Shown here one piece after another: positions 25,606-36,569 of a DNA stretch of 43,498 nucleotides. This stretch comes from Tubiluchus corallicola (Eukaryota > Animalia > Priapulida), in assembly GCA_030141605.1 (NCBI GenBank), contig JAQGDQ010001382.1, forward strand, positions 1 to 43,498, read 5' to 3'. Position numbers and translations under genes: made by a program. Below the pieces are notes generated by a model. The model did not search any database, was not told the origin of the DNA, and was given only the letters and a program-made list of their open reading frames with translations. The stretch's first letter is position 1, and each line of letters opens with the position of its first letter.

Positions 25606-26339
25606 GTTAGTAATCCCAATGTATAAAAACCTGGTGTAAATTAAGCCAGTCATTTTACTTTTATGGATAGCTTGTAGCTACGATCAGAAAAAAACCATCT
25701 AGTGTTTGAAAAACCACAATTTTCCATGCACACTTTGTAGCTAACACGTTGCGATCTGTAAAATATGCAGATCGCAAGATTACCTATGTATATTTAAACC
25801 ACAAGTGAAGAAAAACAGGTCCGTTGATACTGACGACTGAACCTTGATGATAGTGAAGCATCTAAATGCCAAAAGCTAAGCCATTTTCCGTAATGTAGAT
25901 TCTTAAAAAGTGTTTTTGTTGTGATGTGCCCCGAAGAAGCATTCTGCCAGTCTACAAAACTTGAAGTATTTTATTGTAGCAAGTTAAATTTTAACAGTAA
26001 TAATTTAACTTACTACTGGGTCACTATCCGCTAAAAATAGCCAAGGCATTCAACTCCAGTGATAGCATAAAGTTATGTTTATGCACATTCTGGATGCTAC
26101 ATAAACATCACTTTATGCTATCACTTTATCACATTATACCCTGTAAGGCAGGCAGCATATCACATGCAATGGGAGCACACTGTGGACATTGTGAAGCTAC
26201 TGAAATCTACTTATCATTATAAAAAATAATCCCTTTTGAAGAGATGCCGATTTAGGCTATCTGGAGAAACTGAGACAGTATTGCAGATGAAATCACCCAG
26301 AAGAGAGTTTTTGCCCAAACGACGAAATACTGCGGGTTT

Positions 26340-26410
26340 TTGAGATTAACTGTAACTTGAGATTAACTGTAACTTGAGATAAACTGTAGCTTGAGATTAA
26401 CTGTAACTTG
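26340..26410. repeat. 17-bp tandem repeat, 4 copies
   Basis: TGAGATTAACTGTAACT. Confidence 0.9.
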
Positions 26411-26815
26411 TGAAGAAGTGATAGAGATAACAACATTTAGATTATGTATGTATTTGGCAAGTGTGAATATTCTTACACTTCCTGTAGTACCTGAACTGGG
26501 GGGATAGCAATTATTTTTGATTCAAGTTAGAATGGTTTGTGACACAAATATGTCGTTAATATGCTTTGTTTGGCTATTCATTAATACATTAACAATTAAC
26601 AAGACATGTGTGTCATAACTTTCACTTAAACTACAACATATTTCAATGATAAGATCGCAGACGTGTAGCAAGTTGTCTGTTATGTGGTAATTTAAGTAAA
26701 AGATAGTACACGTACGAATTGTTCTGGTTTAGGTGGCCAAGTGGACTGCAACTACGCAGTTTTCAGTTCGATACTAGCAGCTGCCAGGGCACATGCCCGA
26801 CATGTTATTCGTTAT

Positions 26816-27229
26816 TTGTGTGTTGTGTCCTTACCTGTATTGTTGTGTGTTGTGTCCTTACCTGTATTTTTGTGTCCTTGTCTGTATTGTTGTGTGTTGT
26901 GTCCTCACCTGTATTGTTGTGTGTTGTGTCCTTACCTGTATTGTTGTGTCCTTGTCTGTATTGTTGTGTGTTGTATCCTTACCTGTATTGTTGTGTGTTG
27001 TGTCCTTACCTGTATTGTTGTGTCTTTACCTGTATTGTTCTGTGTTGTGTCCTTGCCTGTATTGTTGTGTGTTTGTGTCCTTACCTGTATTGTTGTGTAT
27101 TGTGTCCTTGCCTGTATTGTTGTGTGTTGTGTCCTTACCTGTATTGTTGTGTGTTGTGTCCTTGGCTGTATTGTTGTGTGTTGTGTCCTTGGCTGTATTG
27201 TTGTGTGTTGTGTCCTTGCCTGTATTGTT
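26816..27229. repeat. TG-rich minisatellite (27-bp unit with shorter variants, about 16 copies)
   Basis: Unit TGTGTGTTGTGTCCTTACCTGTATTGT. Confidence 0.95.
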
Positions 27230-27307
27230 AGTTACCTTATTGCTAATGTTGTCTGTTAGATGAGTGACAGTAAATAAATCGTGTCTTTTGCCTTTTCTTT
27301 TTTCTAG

Positions 27308-27386
27308 GCTTCGACGGTTTCTGCGTAGCCGACGTCGCAAACGTCGCCAACGTCGCCAACGTCGTCGGAGGCCACGAAGGTCATGA
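27308..27386 (+). CDS. Mucin-like gene terminal exon: poly-Arg tail
   Basis: Strong acceptor ccttttcttttttctag|, phase 2 (ag|g = Arg). Reads RLRRFLRSRRRKRRQRRQRRRRPRRS*, continuing the basic end of exon 3. Spliced CDS is 37+2239+79 = 2355 nt = 784 aa plus stop. Confidence 0.8.
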
Positions 27387-28747
27387 AGAGACGGCTTTGT
27401 ATCCTGCTCCTAGAGGACCCTTCCGCACCACAACAATGAGCTGATCCACTATCAGTGTCAAGACGTAGTTTGCAAGTTCTCTGATTTATACTGAATTGGG
27501 CTGTTGCTTTAACATCACAATGTGTAAATCAGTGATACAGATAACCATAAGCCAATCAAATAATTGCTAAAAGATTTAAAAAATCAACATAAAATAATCA
27601 GCCTAATGTATTTTATCATGTATTTTATCATTCAATTACTGATAATTATCCGAAATTATGGATCAATAATCGACCAGTAATCGATCAATTTTCTAAAGCT
27701 CAAGAATACTTTGCATGGGTGCTTTATGGTGAACGATTTTCCTTTATTTTGCGCATATTACAGTAGCAGATGTTATTGCAGTTTTCGCTCTATAAAAATT
27801 ATAATTTTCGTAATAAAAATGCTTATTTTTGAAAATGAATGTTTTCTTGACCATGTAAATATAATGCGACTTTATGACAATAGGCAGAACATTATAAGTA
27901 CAAATGGTAAACGTGAAAATATTGTGACGAGGGTGAAATGCTATTTATTTTCGACAAACCCCTCTACACTGTGGTGGTCTCGTCCGTACGAAGCCATTGC
28001 ATAGAGACGTTGAATACGTATAAAACCGTGGCTATGGAATGGCCTCGTTGATTCAGCAGGTAAACGGACAGGTGTTTTTACCATCAAGTTACCTGTTCCG
28101 TAGAAAAAGCCAGCATAAAGTACACAGGACAAGTTTACTGGCAATTTTACTTCAACAAATTTCTGTCTGAATTTATAAAGTTTGCATCATCATGGCAGTG
28201 AACCCGGACTACTTGGCCTCCGAAATACGAGGGTTCGAACCGACTAGGGGAGCCACCTATCAGACTCCCTGGTGGCGAGGACCCAGCATCATTACAATGT
28301 GATAATAACGAAGAGAAAGGGCAGTGAGTCGGTCAGTTATATAATCAACAATAATACATTAAAACAAGAATAATATCGTGAATAAATCATCTGAATACTT
28401 GAGTACATTAGCCATGAATTAATACATCAATTTTAAAGTTAATTGAATGCATTAAATTTCCTGAACTGTCTGATTTCATTAAGGAACTATTAAGCAGACA
28501 TTTTCACTTATTCTTGTCTTACAAATTTCTTTTTTAAACATTTCGTAATAAATTTTACTGCTTACATTTGCTAGATCGTAATCATCACTGCTGAGTAAGG
28601 GTTTGAGTTGAACCTCATCACTAAGTGATAACAAACTGAAAGGCATCCGATACATTTTTAGACATCCAAATGCTTTTTAAAACCTGCATGAGTTAATATA
28701 TTTTCAATGAAGAGTAGCCAACAGTCGATAATGTTATTCACAACTAT

Positions 28748-29007
28748 CACCCCTTACAGCGTCATTAACAGAAGGTTTCCCATGTTCACACCGTACAGCG
28801 TCATCAACAGTAGGTTTCCCATGTTCACACCATACAGCGTCATCAACAGTAGGTTTCCCATGTTCACACCGTACAGCGTCCTTAACAGAAGGTTTCCCAT
28901 GTTCACCCCGTACAGCATCATTAACAGAAGGTTTCCCATGTTCACCCCGTATAGCATCATTAACAGAAGGTTTCCCATGTTCACCCCGTACAGCGTCGTT
29001 AACAGAA
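28748..29007. repeat. 39-bp minisatellite, about 6.5 copies
   Basis: Unit CCGTACAGCGTCATCAACAG(T/A)AGGTTTCCCATGTTCACA. Confidence 0.95.
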
Positions 29008-30080
29008 GCTCTCCCAACAACAAGTATAAACTTGCATAATTTTATGTTCAGAATCATACACCTGAATCATTCATACAGCTGTTTTCAGTGAATCATACAT
29101 CTTTTAAATACACGTTACGCTATCATTTTCTACTTTTTCTGTTGTAACAAGAAACGCGTGCCCAAGTCTCACACGAGCATAGTGCAATTGGTTTGATCAG
29201 GTGCGAAATAATCGCGTTATCATATTTATTTCGGCGTGTCTTTTCTTGAAAAGCTTCTGTTTAAGCTTTGGCGGCTTTATTATTCCTTGACGGCCATGTT
29301 ATGCAGTTCTCGTTTAACTGCATTAGAGGAGCCATTGGCATTAAATGTTGATTCTAGATAGGTGCAGTTTTGAACATTTTGCACGCTATAGTTGGTAAAG
29401 AGAATGCGTTTGAGAATCACTGGGCGTACACAAAAACTTGATCGTAATCAGTAAGCGAAATGAAAAATGATCTGATGCTGCCATCTGGCGACTGCTATTT
29501 TAACAATCCCCGTTAGGATGTTGCAAAACGTAAATATTTTGATCTACACAGCTTGAAATTTACCTTGAATTCACGGACTTCACTATTTCACTATTGCCAA
29601 AAAACTTCCATGGTTTGAACTTGCTCTTCGTAACTAAAAACAAAAGTGAAAATCACAGAATAGTAAATGTAATGTAATACAACTTCCAGGCTTTTCGTAG
29701 GAAATTGCAAATAAAAAAAACAAAAAATAATTTAAATCAAGAATTTTGCTATCTTTAAATCCTAATAGAATTAACTATACCGTATTTAAAATTAAATCTA
29801 AATTAAATAAAATTATAATTATATTCCAAAACCGTTCTTTAGTAAAAACTAAAAAAAAACACCCACGATGAAAGATGAAACTTTTCTGCAATTTAATTAA
29901 TTAATTAAGCTGATAAGTGTAAAATGAATGCACTAATTCAATGCATTGTCAGGGCACAAACATGGAGTACATAGTGAAACAAAGACGTTGTAAATGATAT
30001 TGAACAAAATATTGTTGCTTGATTTTGTTCTGATTCTTATAGATGAAACTAATTTCCTGGCTATGACTTCAAAATACGGT

Positions 30081-30495
30081 AAGGGGCGTATCAACCAACA
30101 GGTTAACTTGGCTATAGCCCAGGTCGCCAAAGTTTGAGGGGCGTCACATTTTAGAAAAAATTCTTATTCTCCTCGGAAAATGTGTATACTTTCATATTCA
30201 AGTAAAGGGCGCATTTTATAACACACCACAGGCAGTTATTTATTTCAGCTTCATATAAGTATCACATAATGAACTGGTACAAGGTTTTACTCATCAAGCA
30301 GTTGCACAACCTGCTAATATATAAGCTCTATGACAGGTAATTAATAATGACCACTTAGAAAATAGGTTACTAGTGTTTCTAACACACCACAAATAATTGT
30401 TTAAAGTGCTCATTACATAAAGAAGCACATAAATTCACAATAAAGATAGGTGGAACAGAACTATCGCCTAGCGCGCCGTAAATGATACGCCCCTG
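30081..30495. mobile_element. hAT-type MITE
   Basis: TIRs (A)AGGGGCGTATCA / TGATACGCCCCTG; 8-bp TSD AATACGGT (30073-30080) and GATACGGT (30496-30503). Confidence 0.88.
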
Positions 30496-31309
30496 GATAC
30501 GGTATATGAAGATGAATTGTTTTACTATTTAGCCGAATACTCACCGGATTATCAAAAATTTGTGGGCTTGCTAATTGATTAAATTTTTATTTTTGGATTA
30601 ATTTAATGCCTGGAATTCGAATGAACGGTTTCATTAAGCCGTCACTAAGTTAAAGATGTCGTTATTACATTCACTTAACTATTAATAACGACGTTGTTGT
30701 TTGTTTATTGTGTAATGAAACTACACTTATTTATTACATTTTTGATCAAACTTAAAGCACTCTTTACAAACAGAGCTTAAAAAATTCATCTTGAATATAT
30801 CACTTATATGCTCTCTTATTGGATACAGGGCTTGCATTTGCAGTAACGGTATGTAAAACTAGTAAATTTAAACTCCCGCGATGACCGCTGTGTGCACCCA
30901 TTTTAACTGGTGAGTTATTTGAAATAAGTTTAAGTAACAATGCGTAAAGTTTGAAAAATTAATCAGAGCATTCGTAGTGCACGCGTCACTAACTATAAAT
31001 AAAAACATAAATTACTTTGTCAATAACATCAATAATGTGTTTGTTGGTGAGCCTATGATGCACACTGGGATGGCTACGCAGTGCTGTTTTACCAGGAATT
31101 AGTGGCGCGATTATTTGAAAGTACAGTATAAAGATTTTCTTTTCGAATTACATAAATTTTTGAATCAGGAAAGCCCAACACTAAGTAATATAACTTTGTA
31201 TGGAAAGTTTTTGGTATGTACTCTAAAACTCCCTTTTCTTCCCTTTAAATAATTTGAAACTAAAAAACATGAATATTATGCTCATGATTATAAATAATTT
31301 TTCCAAACG

Positions 31310-31687
31310 ATAATGCTTTGAATAATATTAAGACCATGATGGTAAAGTTTCAGCATAGCACAGTGCACAGGTATATGCAGTCATACAGTAACTAAACTGA
31401 AAGACGTAAGACTTTTCAGCAAAGCCCTCCAGTGTCTACTTCTGCAATTATAATAAAATATTAGGTAAAAGCACAAAACTAAAATTGTTACTGAAAGCAG
31501 CCATGTTTGTTGCTGAATAAAATTAGTACTAGATTCCGTAACCAAAGTAGAGACAAAGCAGAGACAAGTAAGTAACATGTTCAACAATTTTCTTCAGTAG
31601 TTACTGTATGACTGCATATACCTGTGCACTGTGCTATATTTGCTGAAACTTTGTCACCATGGGCTTAGAGTTATATAAAGCATTATT
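31310..31687. mobile_element. MITE-like element with about 90-bp inverted arms
   Basis: ATAGCACAGTGCACAGGTATATGCAGTCATACAGTAACTA is perfectly inverted at about 31599-31638, with looser matches outward. TSD not resolved. Confidence 0.8.
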
Positions 31688-32172
31688 AAATATCTGTACC
31701 AGCAAGCATTCAATCTGCTAACCTCTCTGCTTGGTAAAAGGTAATAATTAACGACACGAGTAATTAGACACCCTGCAGTTTAGACAAAATATCCATTCCA
31801 ACGCGTCAATTATACATACCAGGTGACGTTCAGACACTATTAGGTAACATGCGATCAAGGTAAATGTACTTGTGTACATTATGCATGAGCGTAATTAAGA
31901 CTCGAGCAAAGGCAATGCACACAAGGTAGAATGTGGCTTGCTTATTACGTTTACACAGATGGCTAGGGTTCTACTACTCGTAATTACAGACTTTTAAATC
32001 TATCTTGATCATGTGCCTAGATGGCTACTTGTAATTATTGTTTGCAAAGAAAAGAGGCACGTGAGGGCGCTGCTACAACAAGACACTTGTCAGAGAAGGA
32101 AAGGAAACGATGTTAATTAGTTGTGATACTGTTAATATTTCTGAGAAAAAAATTTGACAAACTTTTCCACAG

Positions 32173-33081
32173 TTAAAGGAAGACAAGATGATTTTTCATG
32201 TACTACCCCATTTTTAAGTACGATAAATGTATACATTTTAACACCAAAAATACTGTGACAGCGTTTCTGATAATTAGATAATAGATTAAAATCTTAATTA
32301 ACGACGGGCGACCCCAACTAGTGACGACATCACAAACGAACATAACCTTCAACATCAAAAACATTCCACGAGCGTGTTGCACGTATTTGCGAAAGCGAAA
32401 ATTGAAGTACAGTGCTACTATAAGAGATTCAGCGTGTTGTAATAAGACTCATTATAGTTTTAAGATAAAAATTCAAATTTCAAATTTACTGTTGTATTGT
32501 ACTCGCGCATGAGCTGTCGAACGTGCGTAGTTCGTCACAAACTAACACACCTGAACTGAGAAGTACAGCACCTGTTTTTGTGCAATGCGTTTCCTAAATG
32601 CAGGCGTTAGTGCCTGTCTAGCGCGAAATGCATGTAACGGCGGAGAACTAATGTCGCGAACATGAATTTGTGTGGTAATAATTCTTTCACGAAAGGCGTT
32701 ATTTGAAAAATAGTACGTTTTCTTTCAATATTTTAAAAAAATGGGTTGTTTTTTATTTTTTATTTATTTGACATTTATACATATATTAAAATTGTATAAA
32801 AGACAGAATAAGCATGCGCATGCGCACTTACGCTGATCCTATACGACATAAAAAGATAATAAAAAGCACAAAAATAAAATTTCTGAAAACAGTACCCCAA
32901 AGTTGAATATCTCTCATTAACAAGCTCTTAATAAAATGGATACCTAAATATGAATTACAGACTGTGCAACACGTTTTATACAATAGTACGATTTGGAGAG
33001 AACCAATTACGCCAATGTTACAGTTTGACCTACACTTTCGGCTAAATTTTTGACCTACAGTTTAACATTGGGTCCGGTTAA
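32173..33081. mobile_element. Kolobok-like MITE copy 2, interrupted by an approximately 300-bp insertion (about 32750-33045)
   Basis: Starts TTAAAGGAAGACAAGATG, is collinear with 2913-3517, and resumes TGACCTACAGTTTAACATTGGGTCCGG after the insert. Confidence 0.8.
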
Positions 33082-34550
33082 CCCCTGAAACAGGATTAAA
33101 AGTCTGTTACGCAGTGTAACGGTTTATCTGACGCTGCAGCAAAACGGTTAGGTTAGGTTAGGTTAGGTTTGGTAAAGTTAGGTTAGTTTAAACTTAGTTT
33201 ATTTGCTTCACATTAATCAGTTTTTAAAACTGGTACATAGATCGTCAACGTGCAAGCGAATGTACAGGCAGAAGTGCAGATAAAGTAACACAAGTACAAA
33301 CAAACACAAATAGATATTCATATATACAAATACAAAAAACAAAGACATATACGTTCATAGTTAATCAGATGTGACACAATGAATAACATAGCATTTGAAT
33401 AATAAAAATAACTGTTGAAATTTGCCATAAAATACACAATAGTGATCCTAAGTCTGATCGCGTTAAAACGTTTACTAAGTACTACTAATTAGTACTACAG
33501 CAGGCAGTTACCTCAACTTACCTGTCAGGTGATTTCATAGTTGATGACTTTACGTACCTGGCTTTGTGAAATGCTGCAGACACTTGGCCTTGATATGTTG
33601 GGTCTGGTCACATGTAATTTATAGATTTGTGTCTTGTTAACTAAATTATTATTTCCTGCTGTCTGCAGTTGCAATTGGTGTTTATTGTCTGTCACAGTTC
33701 TCTAATGTTTGGGCAAGGATGTGAGTTACTTTTATTTAATTTAATAATTTTTGCAGTTTTTTTTTGACTAGCTCCTGGAATTAACTGTATATGTGAAATG
33801 TGTTGCATTCTAATGGCAGGTTATTGCTGTGTAATGTTACTTTATGTAATTTATTTGTATCGTACTTATATTGAAGCAGTTTATTAATTTATTTGTAAAC
33901 ATTCTTTATTAATCCACAGTGTGAACGTGAACTAGGCAATTAATTTATTTAAGTAATCACAACATTGATAATAATATTAACTAAAATTAAGTTGGAGTTT
34001 TATTTAAAATCTTTACAAAAGTACTAATTTGTGAAGTCATTATTTTCATAAAATGAAAAGCAAATTATTTATTTACATTTTTATATTTTTTAACAGAATA
34101 AACAACTTAAGTAAACAACTTATGTCTGGATTGGAGTGTTTGAGCATTCTTGGTCGTTCTTGATGAAATGGCATGCTACAGTAATTTTGAATGAAACGGA
34201 AAATTTTGCAGTTAACATCAACATTAAAATGATCACTTCTCCACTAAGATACAATGACATATTGTAAAATATTAAGTATTAAAATTTACATATTTCCACA
34301 TTGTAAAATAAATAATTGATATTTAATGGCAAATATTATTTAATTTACTGAGCATACATCTCTGGTTTGATAGTAATGCGGGCATTCTAGGAAGAAATTT
34401 TCTGAGTTTTCTAGATAATAACCACAAATACAATTTAGAAAGACGAGTAGACCATCAGAAAGTAAGGTTGAATGGCTTTGGTGTATGACTTCTAAATCTA
34501 GGTTTTTCGTTGACTAATATAATCAAACAAATATAAAGTTATATAAGTTA

Positions 34551-34916
34551 TGTTGTGTTTTGTTTTGTTTCTCTCGGAAGGCTCGTAGAGAAAACCAGAA
34601 AACACGTCGTCAAATTAAACTAGTTTATAATACGAGAATTTTACGACACAAAAGTATGAAGGAACGCGAAATGTTTACAGTAAATGTGATAATCTGGAAA
34701 CGTGAAAGAGAGACAGCGTATCTGAGAATCTGAGAATACAAGCATTCAAGAGAATAAACTCCAGCGCCAGCTCCGCCTTATATGTCAGTGCAAAGGAACA
34801 ATTTAGAAATAGAAAGTTCTCGAAACTTCTACAAGGTAAGAAGATTGTTCTACTACACTATAGAACATTCTACGAATCTACAATATTCTATTTAATTCTA
34901 GTGGATGTCCACAACA
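34551..34916 (-). mobile_element. Solo LTR, 366 bp
   Basis: Ends TGTTGTG...CACAACA (7-bp inverted termini, TG..CA) with perfect 5-bp TSD AGTTA (34546-34550, 34917-34921). Orientation inferred from minus-strand ATATAA at 34783-34778. Confidence 0.88.
34811..34830. promoter_or_regulatory. Heat-shock element (four alternating nGAAn units) in the LTR
   Basis: aGAAagTTCtcGAAacTTCt. Confidence 0.8.
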
Positions 34917-35210
34917 AGTTATAACTAGTATAAGTTGTATAACAAACAAATTTTTAACAGAACCGTTCTTTGCGAGATGGTAACGTCATCGTGATTAATG
35001 TTGCATAAAAACCATCGACTGAGTGCTTTGTTTGGCTGGTCCAGTTGGTCAAGTTCTTGGCACAATGCCAGATTGGATGTAGCTTCGGCGTGATTTCATT
35101 AATATTTAATATCTAATTATACAAACTGTCTGAAAGACGAAATCGACTCAAAAGTTTATAACTTTATTAACTTAGAGGTAAATAGTAAATATTGTAATTG
35201 ATGAGGGTGT

Positions 35211-35219
35211 TGATGATGG

Positions 35220-35274
<55 letters not shown>

Positions 35275-35635
35275 AAATCTTTTATTAGACCTCTATTTGC
35301 AGGTTAAATACATCAGCATGAAAATGAAATCCACGTACAGATATTAGTGACACACGCAAATACATAGAAATAAAAGCAACTTTACAAATTATATACAAAT
35401 AAACAAATGCATACGTATAAACAAATAGGTTAGAATGTACGAAATATTCAGGTATTGTAAAGTTTAATCAAGTTGTAGTAACGATCAGATTCGAAATTAT
35501 AATCAAGTTATTACACCGCTATTGTACATAATACTTGTTCATTAGATCTCCGTAACTTTAGTACATAAATAAACTAATGATAATTTGTAAACAAATACGT
35601 AAACAAAAACATCCTGAAGTCTAAATAGTCTTTTT
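35211..35635 (-). mobile_element. Probable CR1/L2-like LINE 3' end with (ATC)n tail
   Basis: (GAT)n at 35211-35274 next to a minus-strand AATAAA. Motif AGACCTCT(A/G)TTTGCAGG is shared with 9751-9767, where it also follows GATGAT..CTTTATT. Confidence 0.5.
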
Positions 35636-36569
35636 GTAAATAAAGATATCCTAGCGATTAGTTAACTTTCCCACAATGTAGTCGTTCTGTAAATAAAGAT
35701 ATCCTAGCGATTAGCTAACGTTTCCACAATGTAGTTGTTCTGCAAATAAAGATATCCTAGCGATTAGTTAACGTTTCCACAATGTAGTTGTTCTGTAAGT
35801 AAAGATATCCTAGCAATTAGTTAACGTTTCCACAATGTAGTCGTTCTGTAAATAAAGATATCCTATCGATTAGTTAACGTTTCCGCAATGTAGTCGTTCT
35901 GTAAATAAAGATATCCTAGCGATTAGCTAACGTTTCCACAATGTAGTTGTTCTGTAAATAAAGATATCCTAGCGATTAGTTAACGTTTCCACAATGTAGT
36001 TGTTCTGTAAGTAAAGATATCCTAGCGATTAGTTAACGTTTCCACAATGTAGTCGTTCTGTAAATAAAGATATCCTATCGATTAGTTAACGTTTCCACAA
36101 TGTGGTCGTTCTGTAAATAAAGATATCCTAGCGATTAGTTGACGTTTCCACAATGTAGTCGTTCTGAAAATAAAGATATCCTAGCGATTAGTTGACATTT
36201 CCACAATGTAGTCGTTCTGAAAATAAAGATATCCTAGCGATTAGTTGACGTTTTCACAATGTAGTCGTTCTGAAAATAAAGATATCCTAGCGATCAGTTA
36301 ACGTTTCAACAATGTAGTTGTTCTGTAAATAAAGATATCCTAGCGATTAGTTAACGTTTCCACAATGTAGTTGTTCTGTAAATAAAGACATATTAGCCCT
36401 TAGTTAACGTTTCCACAATGTAGTTGTTCTGTAAATAAAGATATTCTAGCGATTAGCTAACGCTTCCACAATGTAGTCGTTCTGTAAATAAAGGTATCAT
36501 AGCGATTAGTTAACGTTTCCATAACGTATTCCTTCTGTAAATAAAGATATCCTAGCGATTAGTTAACGT
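35636..36569. repeat. 53-bp minisatellite, about 17.5 copies
   Basis: Unit GTAAATAAAGATATCCTAGCGATTAGTTAACGTTTCCACAATGTAGTCGTTCT. Confidence 0.97.

Noticed and set aside
26719-27263. Cys-rich metallothionein- or keratin-associated-like ORFs
   Set aside because: Open in all three frames because of the TG-rich minisatellite.
33146-33187. (TTAGG)n as a telomeric repeat
   Set aside because: Only a few degenerate interstitial units; such runs are common in small transposons.
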